NCBI RefSeq assembly: GCF_006345805.1
Contig: NC_043016.1
Span: forward strand, 29,388,001 to 29,452,000
DNA from: Octopus sinensis
Lineage: Eukaryota
DNA length: 64,000 nt
Direction: 5' to 3'
A program made the position numbers and the translations under genes. Of this stretch, positions 49,955 to 61,324 are shown in pieces. The notes below the pieces were generated by a model that had not been told where the DNA came from, did no database searches, and was given only the letters and a program-made list of their open reading frames with translations. Numbering within the stretch: position 1 is the stretch's first letter; each line of letters starts with the position of its first letter.

Positions 49955-49960
49955 TTTATT
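49955..49960 (-). promoter_or_regulatory. Candidate polyadenylation signal AATAAA
   Basis: About 20 nt downstream of the TGA of the candidate terminal exon. Confidence 0.5.
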
Positions 49961-49980
49961 AAAATTGTGATATTAATTAG

Positions 49981-50060
49981 TCAATTTCTTGCAGCTGAAT
50001 TTATCAATATGTGAGTTGTTGGTCCTTGAATTGTTCTCACTAAATTTCTTGCATGAATTA
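49981..50060 (-). CDS. Probable terminal coding exon of an unidentified host gene
   Basis: Acceptor TTGATTTTCTTTTAG|; (G)TA-phase frame VIHARNLVRTIQGPTTHILINSAARN*; phase matches the upstream exon; AATAAA follows. Confidence 0.62.
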
Positions 50061-50394
50061 CTAAAAGAAAATCAACTTCAAATAATTTCAAATGCATTTT
50101 GATCAGGGTGGGATGGATAAAGAACAATAACCATATCATCATCATCATTATTATCATTATCATCATCATTTTAATATTTACTTTCTCATGCTTGCATGAG
50201 TCAGATAGAATTTGTTGAGGTGGATTTTTCTATGGCTGGATACCCTCCCTGTCACCAACCATCACCTGTTTCCTAACAAGGTAATATTTCCCCATTAAAA
50301 GGCATTTTTTATAACTGAAGATTAGAAATAAAAGACACTGCTCACATGATGGTGATAGCCATCATGCAAAGCCAATGCAAGGAGACAGAAACAC

Positions 50395-50725
50395 ACACAC
50401 ATACATACATACACACACATGTACATACATACATTCATATACAAACACATGCCTACATAAACACATACAGGCATACATTAACACGTGCATGCATACATGC
50501 ATGAATGCATACATACACACACATACATATATGCATGCATACATAAACACAAATATATTCTTACATACATGCATACATAAACACATACATGTACACATGC
50601 ATACATACATAAACATACACACATACATACACACACAGATACATGTACACATACATGCATGCATACATACATACACACATACACATACATAAACACATGC
50701 ATACATGCATAAACATACATACATA
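50395..50725. repeat. (CA)/(TACA)/(TGCA) degenerate microsatellite
   Basis: Seen directly. Confidence 0.9.
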
Positions 50726-50837
50726 ATCATCTCTCACTCTGCCTATACATTTCTGTAATCTCTCCCCACCCTCATTTTCTGTTCTTCTATCCCCATTCAC
50801 ATCTACTTATCTTCTATTTTTGGTGTTCACCCTAATA

Positions 50838-51107
50838 CATCACCACCATCATCATCATCACCACCATCATCATCATCACCACCATCATCATCATCACCAC
50901 CATCATCATCATCACCACCATCATCATCATCACCACCATCATCATCATCACCACCATCATCATCATCACCACCATCATCATCATCACCACCATCACCATC
51001 ATCAACACCATCACCATCATCACCACCATCATCATCATCACCACCATCATCATCATCACCACCATCATCATCATCACCACCATCATCATCATCACCACCA
51101 CCACCAT
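50838..51107. repeat. 18-bp minisatellite (CACCACCATCATCATCAT)n grown from an RTE (CAT)n tail
   Basis: About 15 units, directly followed by CATCGTTTAATGTCC, the RTE-type 3'UTR end. Confidence 0.93.
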
Positions 51108-51457
51108 CGTTTAATGTCCATTTTAAATGCTGGCATGGGTTGAACAGTTTAACAGGAGTTGGCAAGTCAAAGGGTTGCACCAGGCCCCTGTCATCCGTTT
51201 TGGCATGGTTTCACCTTAATGCAAACCACTTTACAGAGTGTACTTGGGGCTTTTTATGCGGTGCGAGCACAAGTGCCTTTTAAATGGTGCTAGCACCGTT
51301 ATTTTTATGCCTCTCTCCAGCTCCATCCTGGTTACTCTCACTCTCTCTTCTAAAATACAAATAGCCATGACTATTTGTATTTTAGAAGAGAAAGTGAGAG
51401 AAGTTACAAATATCAACAAATAAATGTATTCAAGGTTTGGGTATGGGGAAAAAATGG

Positions 51458-51670
51458 CAGTGAGCTGGCAGAATCATTAGCATGCTGGGCAAAATGCTTA
51501 GCAGCATTTTGTCTGTCCAGAGACTGAGTTCAAATTCTGCCAAGGTTGACTTTGTCTTTGATCCCTTTTGGAAGTTAATAAAATAGGTACTGGTTGACCA
51601 GGGTCAGTGTAATCAGCTTATCTCCTTCCCCTGAACTTGCTGATCTTATGCTAAAATTTGAAACCAATCA
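51458..51670 (+). mobile_element. SINE family B
   Basis: GGCAGTGAGCTGGCAGAATCATTAGCATGCTGGGCAAAATGCTTAGC...GAGTTCAAATTCTGCC. Confidence 0.8.
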
Positions 51671-51825
51671 ATATTTGTAATTTAAAAAATAAAACACAAT
51701 TATGTTTTTTTCTAAGATTACAAATGTCTTAAACTTCAGAATAAACAAACCCACTGGATAATCCTCTAGACAGTCATATGACCTTCTAGAAATCTCAGTC
51801 TAATCTCCTTCATGTGGCATCATAC

Positions 51826-51952
51826 CATTTTGAAAAACAGGTGAAATGGTTATTGCTCGTACATCTGCTTCATTAAGGCAGGCCTTAATAACTGTGACAA
51901 CTTTAGGAGATAACGACTCATGTATACAAGATACCAAACCAGCTTTCTCATT
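51826..51952 (-). CDS. Probable penultimate coding exon (127 nt) of an unidentified host gene
   Basis: TATTCTAG| acceptor and |GTATGA donor; only one frame is open: NEKAGLVSCIHESLSPKVVTVIKACLNEADVRAITISPVFQN plus G. Unique, non-repetitive sequence. Confidence 0.62.
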
Positions 51953-52441
51953 CTAGAATACATAATTTTGCATTCTGTTGCACACAACCTCATATTCTTT
52001 CATAAGTAACCTTTTGTTTAATCATACACCAATTCTCATTCTATTATTCACAATTTCATTCTGTTGTACATGACCTCTTGTTCTATCACACATAACTTCT
52101 TCAATCATATATAACCTTGTGCTCAACCTCACATAATCTCTGTTTTAAGTCCTTTATCTTTTATCTTTTACTTGTTTCAGTTATGGGACTGTTGCCATGC
52201 TAGAGTACTGCCTTTGAGGGTTTAGTCAGAAAAATTGACCCCAGTACTTAAAGTTTGATACTTATTCTATCAATCTGTTTTGCTGAATTGCCAAGTTATG
52301 GGGATGTAAACAAACCAACACCTATTGTTAAGTGGTGAGGGGACAGACAGATAGACACACATGCACGCACGCACACACACACACACACTCACACACAAAC
52401 AAAACTATTATTTAGTGTTTTAAAAAAGCAGTCTCTATTGT

Positions 52442-52502
52442 CGGGGGTCATTTAGCTCAATCATATAGGGTACTCAACTGCAATTGAAAGGTCCTGAGTT
52501 CG
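52442..52502 (+). pseudogene. Decayed tRNA-like (Cys-like) sequence or SINE head
   Basis: GGGGGTCATTTAGCTCAA...CTGCAA...AGGTCCTGAGTTCG; no acceptor-stem 3' half. Confidence 0.3.
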
Positions 52503-52788
52503 TTCGTTTGTCTGTAGCAGCTACTGGCTACTTTTTTTTCCCATCTATAGGGGTATTTTTACCTGATTTTCTAAAGCTATTTTCACAGCTATTCTTCTGC
52601 ATTCAAAATTTCTTTAATTTTTAATAGTATGCCATTCAATTGACACATTAATGTTTGTTTATAAAAATGTCCTCACATGTCAAAAAGCTATTATTTAGTA
52701 TTTTACAACTTGTTATATAGAATAATTTTAAAAAATGAGCGATTATTTATTTTCATATGTGACGTTTGTTTTCATATAAAACAAATAT

Positions 52789-53163
52789 AGGCGTAGGAAT
52801 GGCTGTGTGGTACGTAGCTTGCTTACCAACTACATGGTTCTGGGTTCAGTCCCACTGCGTGACACCATGGGCAAGTGTCTTCTACTATAGCCGTGGGCCG
52901 ACCAAAGCTTTGTGAGTGGATTTGGTAGACAGAAACTGAAAGAAGCCCGTCATATATATGTATGTGTGTGTGTTTGTGTGTCTATGTTTGCCCCCCTCCC
53001 CCCATCGCTTGACAACCGATGCTGGTGTGTTTACAAAAGAGACCGATAGAATAAGTACTAAGCTTACAAAGAATAAGACCTGGGGGTCGATTTGCTCAAC
53101 TAAAGGCGGTGCTCCAGCTTGGCCACAGTCAAATGACTGAAACAAGTAAAAGAGTAAAAGAGC
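52789..53163 (+). mobile_element. SINE family A, full length
   Basis: Consensus head and GTAAAAGAG tail. Confidence 0.9.
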
Positions 53164-53667
53164 AAACATCAGAAGAATTTAAATGATATTTAAATTATTT
53201 AAATGATAAACATTTTAAAATATTACAGTATATACAGCTATACACAAGCTGTATAACATGTACATACACACACACACACACATTTGCATACACACACACA
53301 CTCACATATTTCCATCATCATCATCATAATTGTCATTAATTATCTACGAATATGGATTGACAAGGTTTTCAGTATAATATTTCAGCATATCATTTGGTGT
53401 TGTACTATTTTCTTTTATTTTAAGGCAATGAGCTTGTTGGATTGTTTGTATGTCATACAAAATTCTCAGTGGCAGTTCTTTCAGCTTTACATTGTGTGTT
53501 CAAATTCCACCATGGTTGACCTTTTTCTGGTCAATAAAGTTGAGCATTGGAAATGATGCAATTTACTAAAAGTTTCTGGTATTGTGTCTATAGTAGAAAT
53601 AATTATTTTGTTTTATTTTATTTTATAAACATATAGGTGCTTATATCTATTTGTTTATATACATATA

Positions 53668-54050
53668 GGTGCAGGCATGGCTGTGTGGTAAGAAGCTTGC
53701 TTCCCAACCACATGGTTCCTGGTTCAGTCCCACTACGTGGCACCTTGAGCTAGTGTCTTCTACTATAGCCTTGGGCTGAGCATAGCTTTGTAAGTGGATT
53801 TGGTAGACAGAAACTGAAAGAAGCATGTTGTATATATATATATATATTTGTGTGTCTGTGTTTGTCACCCAACCATCACTTGGAAACCAATGTTGGTGTG
53901 TTTACATCCCCATAACTTAGCAGTTCAGCAAAAGAGACCGATAGAATAAGTACTAGGCTTACAAAGAATAGGTCCTGAAGTCGTTTTGTTTGACTAAAGG
54001 TGGTGCTTAAGCATGGCCTCAGCCAAAATGACTAAAACAAGTAAAAAAAG
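53668..54050 (+). mobile_element. SINE family A, full length
   Basis: Consensus head and tail, more diverged. Confidence 0.88.
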
Positions 54051-54145
54051 AATAAAAGAATATATATATAAAAATACATACAATAGAAATACAAAATGGC
54101 TGACGGTTAGTAAGGAGAGACACAAATAGGTAAGAAGAAAACAAA

Positions 54146-54190
54146 GGACCACTGATGCGGTCACAGGAGTGTGACGAAAGAACTCTGGCC
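54146..54190 (+). ncRNA. Hammerhead-like motif (A9->C)
   Basis: GGACCA-CUGAUGC-G-GUCAC(AGGAGU)GUGAC-GAAAG(AA)CUC-UGGCC. Confidence 0.5.
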
Positions 54191-54523
54191 GAAATAAGAT
54201 TAAGATTAATGTAAAAAATAAATAACACCAAATATATAGTGTGTGTGTTTTTATTGGCTAAACTGGCAATATGACCATTCCGAAATATAACAACATACAA
54301 TAATCGTTTTCCAGTTTCCACCTACCACATCCACTCATAAGGTTTTGGTCAGGTCAGGGTTACAATAAAAGCATTTATAGTGCCACTCAGTGAGACTAAT
54401 TCCAAAGTCACATAGTTGTGGAATGCACTTCTTAACCAAAGAAACATGCCTATATAGCCTCAGGCTGACCAAAGCTTTGTGAGTGAATTTAGTAGACAGA
54501 AACTAAAGGAAGCTGAGCTTCTA

Positions 54524-54748
54524 AGGTGGCGAACTGGCAGAAACGTTAGCACACCGGGCGAAATGCTTAGCGGTATTTTGTGTGCCGTTACGTTCTGTGT
54601 TCAAATTCCACCGAGGTCGACTTTGCCTTTCATCCTGTCAGGGTCGATAAATTAAGTACCAGTTACGCACTGGGCTCGATGTAATCGACTTAATCCCTTT
54701 GTTTGTCCCCTCTGTGTGTAGCCCTTTGTGGGCAATAAAGAAATAAGA
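54524..54748 (+). mobile_element. SINE family B, full length
   Basis: GGTGGCGAACTGGCAGAAACG...GGGCAATAAAGAAATAAG. Confidence 0.9.
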
Positions 54749-54829
54749 AACTAAAAGAAGCCTGTCGTATACAAAGACACACACATAAATATATACTATA
54801 TATATATATATAAATATATACATATATAT

Positions 54830-55420
54830 AACTTATAAATAAGGGCAAATTAAAAATTTCTAATGCCAAATATGCCGAAATTAGACACATTGTCCATAAC
54901 CATTATAATTTTTTCACAATACGAACGCTACTCAAAAAAGGTCGATAGAAATTTCTAAAAAATTCCATTATTACCATATCGGACCGATTTCAGGGTTAGT
55001 TCATAAGAACCCTCCCTTCATCAGTGATAAATGTGGCAAAGAAATAAATGAAGAAGCAACCACTAAGTCATGATCACAATTAAGCACCCCAAATATATCC
55101 AAAATAGAAATTCTCTAGCCCATTTGAGACACGTGCAATTTGAACTGAGGCTCTCATAGAGTGAGAGAGACCGGAAGTGAACACTATTAAATTTATATTT
55201 AATGTAGGATAAAAATTTTTCGAAAAAAAAAATGTTATCAATGGCCAGCATATTTAAAGGTTAAATTTATAAACAACTTATAAATAAGGGCAAACAAAAA
55301 AATTTCTAATGCCAAATATGCCGAAATTAAACTCATTGTCCATAACCATCATAATTTTTTCACAATACGCACGCTACTGGCCAGTGATAAAATTTTTTTT
55401 TTATCCTACATTAAATATAT
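54830..55420. mobile_element. Terminally redundant non-autonomous element (~100-bp direct repeat, period 445) carrying a hammerhead
   Basis: AACTTATAAATAAGGGCAAA...GCTACT at 54830 and 55275; an internal inverted piece ~55185-55250 versus ~55375-55420; (TA)n on both sides. Confidence 0.7.
54977..55029 (-). ncRNA. Type I hammerhead ribozyme motif, intact core
   Basis: Minus strand: UAUCA-CUGAUGA-AGGG..GUUC(UUAU)GAAC..CCCU-GAAAU(CG)GUC-CGAUA; one mismatch at the first stem I pair. Confidence 0.7.
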
Positions 55421-55884
55421 ATATATATATATATATCTTTATGTGTTGGTCTATGTGTCTGTATTTGTCCCCCACCATTACTTGACAACCGATGTTGGTG
55501 TGGTTTTGGCACCATAATTTAGCAGCTTGGCAAAAGGGACCAATAGAGTAAGTACTAAACTTACAAAGAATAAGTCCTGGGGTCAATTTGTTCAGCTAAA
55601 ACCATTTAAGTTTTAAGTGCCCCAGCATGGCATCATCAAATGACTGAAACAAGTGCAAGAAAACGAGAATATACATTTCTTCGTCATCATCATCATCATC
55701 ATTGTTTAATCTCCATCTTCCATACTGCCAGGATCTGGACAATTCAATGAGATGCAATGGGCCAGAGAGCTACATTGTACTTTCTTTTGTGTCTTCTTTA
55801 GCATAATTTCTATGGCTGGTTGCCCTCCCTACTGCCAGTGCTTACACTCAATACAGGGTTCTTTTTCTCTTGGAATCAACACTA

Positions 55885-56282
55885 GGCATAGGAGTGGCTG
55901 TGTGGTAAGTAGCTTGCTTATGAACCACATGGTTCCGAGTTCAGTCCCACTGCATGGCATCTTGGGTAAGTGTCTTCTACTATAGCCTCGGGCCGACCAA
56001 AGCCTTGTGAGTGGATTTGGAAGACGGAAACTGAAAGAAGCCCGCCGTATATATATGTATATATGTATGTGTTTGTGTGTCTGTGTTTGTCCCCCCAACA
56101 TCGCTTGACAACCGATGCCAGTGTGTTTACGTCCCCGTAACTTAGCGGTTCTGCAAAAAAAAGATACCGATAAAATAAGTACTAGGCTTACAAAGAATAA
56201 GTTCTGGGGTCGATTTGATCGACTAAAGGCGGTGCTCCAGCATGGCCACAGTCACATGGACTGAAACAAGTAAAAGAGTAAA
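55885..56282 (+). mobile_element. SINE family A, full length
   Basis: Consensus head and tail. Confidence 0.92.
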
Positions 56283-56924
56283 AGGAGTAGTGAAGTCACC
56301 AAGTAACTCACGTGTCATCATCGTCGTCATCATCATCATCATCATCATCATCATCGCCATCATTGTCAATGTCATTATCACTGTCACCATCGTCATCATC
56401 ATCATCATCGTCATCATCTTACATACTATATCTATATTACATATAAGGCTGCAAGCTAACGGAATCATCAGCATATTGGATAAAGTGATTAACAACATTT
56501 CTCCCACCACTTTATAATGTAAGTTCAAACCCTCTTGACATCATCTTTGCCTTCCATCCATATCCCTTCAAGGTCGATAAAATAAGTCACCAGCCAAGTA
56601 TTATGGTCAATGTAATCAACTAATCTCCACTCCCTAAAATTGCTGTCCTTGCCTCAACATTTCATACAGTTATACATAAATGCGTAAATACGCAATCATT
56701 ATCATCATTATTAAACGTCCATATGTTGACATGGGCTGGGGGGGTGCTTTAATGTCTACTTTGGACTATATTGTACTTCAGTGCCTGCTTTGGCATGGTT
56801 TCTTTAGTAGGATATCCTTCCAAACACTTACAGTAAGTACTGAGTCACTTTTTTCATGCCACTGTCACTATTGAGGTTGCCATGCAGCTTGCAAGACTAT
56901 AAAGCATGCAGGAGTTTATATACA

Positions 56925-56942
56925 TACATACATACAACATAC

Positions 56943-56978
<36 letters not shown>

Positions 56979-56979
56979 G

Positions 56980-57060
<81 letters not shown>

Positions 57061-57069
57061 ATATATATG

Positions 57070-57107
<38 letters not shown>

Positions 57108-57260
57108 TATGTATTATGTATATATATATATAATATATATATATATATATTATATATGTATATATATATGTAATATGTAATATATATATATATATTATAT
57201 ATGTATATATATGATATATGTATATATATATATAATATATATATATGTATATATATATAG

Positions 57261-57303
<43 letters not shown>

Positions 57304-57396
57304 GTATATATATTGTATATATTTGTATATTATATATATAATATATAATGTATATATATATATGTATATATATATGTATATATGTATATATATATA

Positions 57397-57442
<46 letters not shown>

Positions 57443-57460
57443 ATATATGTATATATATAT
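56925..57460. repeat. ~540-bp (TA)-rich microsatellite
   Basis: Seen directly. Confidence 0.97.
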
Positions 57461-58442
57461 AGATGTATTTCTCCATTTTCTTATCTTGTACTAGTAATTT
57501 GTGGTAAATCATTTTACCTTTGCCCATATAATACAGTAAATGAATTGATTGCATCGCAATCATTAACATTTATGTATTAACTTTGTTGGGTACTTCACTA
57601 GCAGTATATTGGATATATGTTATCCCATAGAGGGTTGCATTTACAACCCCTATCTCAATTTGTATATATATATATTACTACTAATATAAGATAAAATTTT
57701 ATTACAAAATTTTATTATAAAATTTTATCAGTGGTCAGCATATGAAAAATAGCTTTTTATGAATTTCTGTTAGCATGCTTTGAATTTCTGTTAGCTTGTT
57801 TCAACACGTGGTTTAGTAATAATATAAGTGAACATATTTTATGTGGATAGATGATTTAGCGTCTATTCTTCAGCATATTGGCAAAGAAAATTTTTTCTTT
57901 TGCCCTTATTTATAATTGTATTTATATGTATATATATAAAATATATTTATATACTGTTATGTCTGAGGAAAGTCATTTTTTTTTTGTGCCTTATAATTTA
58001 ACACACTCACTGGTAAAATTTCTACTTATTCCTTATTTTTACTTTTCTAAAATTTTCTCCTTTCAAAGAAAATATTTCTCCCAACATTCACTATTTTCCT
58101 CTCATTCTAGTCTAACGACCCTCCATGCTTGTTTTTGTTCAATTTCCTTGTATGTTTCCACTGTCCAGTTTTTGTTTCCAACTTTTACCCTCCATAAATC
58201 CCAAAATTTCATTTTGGAATTTATGGGAGCAACTGTCTTTAAAGACTCATATTATCATTGAATGCTCGAAATGAGGAGCAGATAAACAGCCGACAACTGA
58301 CAAAGGGTTGTTCTCTGTGTTTACTTGTCCTATTTTCCATTTTTTCTTTCATTGTTTGCATATTTAACTTGTTTGTTTTCGAATTTCATGATGTTTACAC
58401 AGTTGGTGATATCCTGTACCCATATATGCATATATTATATAT

Positions 58443-58476
<34 letters not shown>

Positions 58477-58603
58477 CATATATACATACATATATACATA
58501 TATTATTTATAATATATGTATATATATATATATAATATATATATATATTATATATGTATATGTGCATATAAAATGCATATGTATATATACATACACACAC
58601 ATA

Positions 58604-58638
<35 letters not shown>

Positions 58639-58645
58639 GCAGTCA

Positions 58646-58947
58646 TTGTAATTGTTATAATGTCTTGTTGTTGAGATAGGCTCTCTTTCTTTCCTGATGA
58701 GAAGATTACATTTTAAACCATGTGTCTTCGAAACATATGTCGAAAGTAAAAGAATTTTAATAACATCTTCGTTCAACTCCATTTATTTACTTATACTACA
58801 CAATTTACTACACATTAACCCGGAGTTTCTACCTTTGAATAGGTCACTTCATCCGTGTTATTTGCGTGAATTTTGCTACCCTGGTAACTGTTTATTGAAT
58901 TTTCCATGTTAACAGTAAACAAAGGATAATTCATTCATCCATTTAAA
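58646..58947 (+). mobile_element. ~300-bp hammerhead-bearing repeat between two (TA)n tracts
   Basis: Its 5' part matches 27262-27440 (minus) and its 3' part matches ~27610-27800 (plus). Confidence 0.7.
58689..58746 (+). ncRNA. Type I hammerhead ribozyme, fully canonical
   Basis: CUUUC-CUGAUGA-GAAGA...UCUUC-GAAAC(AUAU)GUC-GAAAG: perfect 5-bp stem I, G10.1-C11.1, 5-bp-plus stem II, GUC cleavage triplet (predicted cut after 58741). Confidence 0.85.
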
Positions 58948-59080
58948 TATATATATTTATGCATATATACATACATATATATATATGTGTGTGTGTGTGT
59001 GTGTATGTATATATGTGTGTATATATATATATGTGTGTGTGTGTATATGCATATATATATGTATATATATATATATATGC

Positions 59081-59113
<33 letters not shown>

Positions 59114-59140
59114 TAATGTATATATATATATATATATATC

Positions 59141-59183
<43 letters not shown>

Positions 59184-59250
59184 ATAATATATATATGTAT
59201 ATTATAATATATATATATATATATATGTGTATTATATATATATATATATC

Positions 59251-59316
<66 letters not shown>

Positions 59317-59410
59317 TATGTATATTATATAATATATGTATGTATATGTATATATATATGCAATATATATATATGTGTGTGTAAATATATATGCATATAT
59401 AATATATATT
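58945..59410. repeat. (TA)/(TG) compound microsatellite
   Basis: Seen directly. Confidence 0.95.
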
Positions 59411-60880
59411 AAAGTTAGAGAAGGCCGGTTTATAAAAAATATAAAAGAAGGAATAATCTGCCCTGTCCACAAAGGAGGAAGCAGAGCAGATGCTATAAAT
59501 ACAAGCCTACTTCTCTGACCTCACATGTCAGCAAGATCATGGAACACATTGTCAGAAAAAGACTGACCACATTCCTAGAGGAATATGACTTGCTTACAGA
59601 CACACAACATGGTTTCTAACACAGCAACTACAGCACTTTGACTCGGTAACAAAACAATAACTCAACCATTCAAATATCTTGACTTTGCCAAGGCCTTTGA
59701 CAAAGTCAATCTCAGGATGATATGACACAAATTGCGTGACCTTGGTATTGCTGGTAGACTTGAGAGTGGCTGCATGATTTCCGGAAGGGCAGAAGTCAGG
59801 CTATCACAGCAAATGGTGCCCTCACAGAAGTGACACCAATCCTCAGTGGAGTCCCCTAGGGGACAGTGCTGGGACCACTACTGTTTGTGGTTGCTCTCTC
59901 GGACATGCCCTCAGCCATAGAGTCAGCCACACTCATCAGGTACGCTGATGATACAAAAGTATCGCAGATAGTCAAGGATCCTACTGACATCCTAAGACTG
60001 CAGAATGATCTGAATGCAATTTATAAATGGGCAGATGAGTATAATATGAAGTTCAATGGTGTAAAATTTCAAGCACTCCACTATCAGCCCACAAACAAAC
60101 TACAGCTAAAATACATGGGACCAGCAGGCAATGTAATCCCAGAGTTAGAGTTGGTGCATGACCTGGAAATCCACATGAGCAATGACACAACTTACCATGT
60201 GCACATTGCTCAGGTGGCAACACTATGCAGATGAGTGGCAGGTTGGATCCTTAGATCCTTCCGGACTAGGAACAGAGACACAATGCTTCTGTTTTGGAGA
60301 ACCATTGTCCTCAGTCACCTGGACTACTGCTCCCAACTGTGGTTCCACAGAGTGTAAAACTAATTGCAGAACTAGAAGCGATCTAATGCCACTGCACAAA
60401 GAAGATAGACTTAGTAAAACACATGGGCTACTGGGAGAGGTTGAAGGGACTGGGACTCTACTCCCTAGAGAGGAGATGTGAGAGATATGCAGTGTGATAC
60501 ATATGGAAAATAATGGAAGGGCTAGCTCCAAATTTTGGAATCGAAATCTACAACAATCACCAAACTGGATGGCACTGCACTGTACCAAAGGTTCCATCTT
60601 CTCCATGAAGGATACAAAGCCCATGTTGTAATAGCCTGGGATTCAAGGAACCACAAATTTTTAATGCCCTACCACTGAACATCATGGTGTAGACATGGAA
60701 GTTTTCAAAAATCGTCACGACAGTTTTTTATCTGCAATGCCAAATGAACCCACAGCATGGCAGGAGGCACAAAGAAGAGCTGCAATGTCCAACTCGCTAC
60801 TTCACCAGAATCGATACTGGAAAAATCCCCGAATGCAGTAAAGGCAGTGCACCAGCATGGCCTCAGTCTCTGGCTGACAC
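59410..60880 (+). mobile_element. CR1-clade LINE, 5'-truncated RT and 3' end, many stops and frameshifts
   Basis: [51 protein letters not shown]. Confidence 0.92.
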
Positions 60881-60934
60881 CCATCAAAAAAATGCATTGT
60901 TAAATGATGATGATGATGATGATATATGTATATG

Positions 60935-60964
<30 letters not shown>

Positions 60965-60967
<3 letters not shown>

Positions 60968-61100
60968 AAATCCGTTTCGTCTGTCTGTGTGTGTGTCTTC
61001 TAGGATCTCGGGCATCCTCTATCCGATTGCGCTCAAATTTGATATGTAGATACCAATGGTATCAGGGCATGTATAAGTCTTGATTTATTATTCCAACCTG
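60965..61100 (+). mobile_element. Possible Helitron-type non-autonomous element head
   Basis: TCTGTCTGTGTG...ATCCGATTGCGCTCAAATTTG pattern; family assignment from memory only. Confidence 0.3.
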
Positions 61101-61324
61101 ATTTTTGATTTGATAAATTACTGGTGACGACTTGTTTTTCCTGTGGTCAAGTTTTTCATTCTGCTATGACTGTTATGAAAATTTTAAGCTTGTTGACATT
61201 GAAATTTTTAAACATGTTTTTCTAATTCATAATTATAAATTTTTCTGTTATGAACATTTAAACTTGTCAACTTTGAAACTTTAAAGATGTTTTTCTAATT
61301 CATAATTCTAAATTTTTTCTCTGA

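Noticed and set aside
50820-51143. Poly-His ORF and its Asp/Gly and Met/Val antisense frames
   Set aside because: Translation of an 18-bp minisatellite attached to an RTE tail; no splice or domain context.
53345-53460. Minus-strand protein-like frame ILYDIQTIQQAHCLK...NLVNPY as a possible upstream exon
   Set aside because: Its 5' half is a decayed SINE B copy and there is no acceptor; weak donor.
57515-57580. Minus-strand donor-like AAG|GTAAAA with frame NVNDCDAINSFTVLYGQ
   Set aside because: No in-frame acceptor before the upstream stop.
58290-58330. CAACTGACAAAGGG in a Penelope-associated repeat
   Set aside because: Core altered, and no GAAA or stem II partner downstream.
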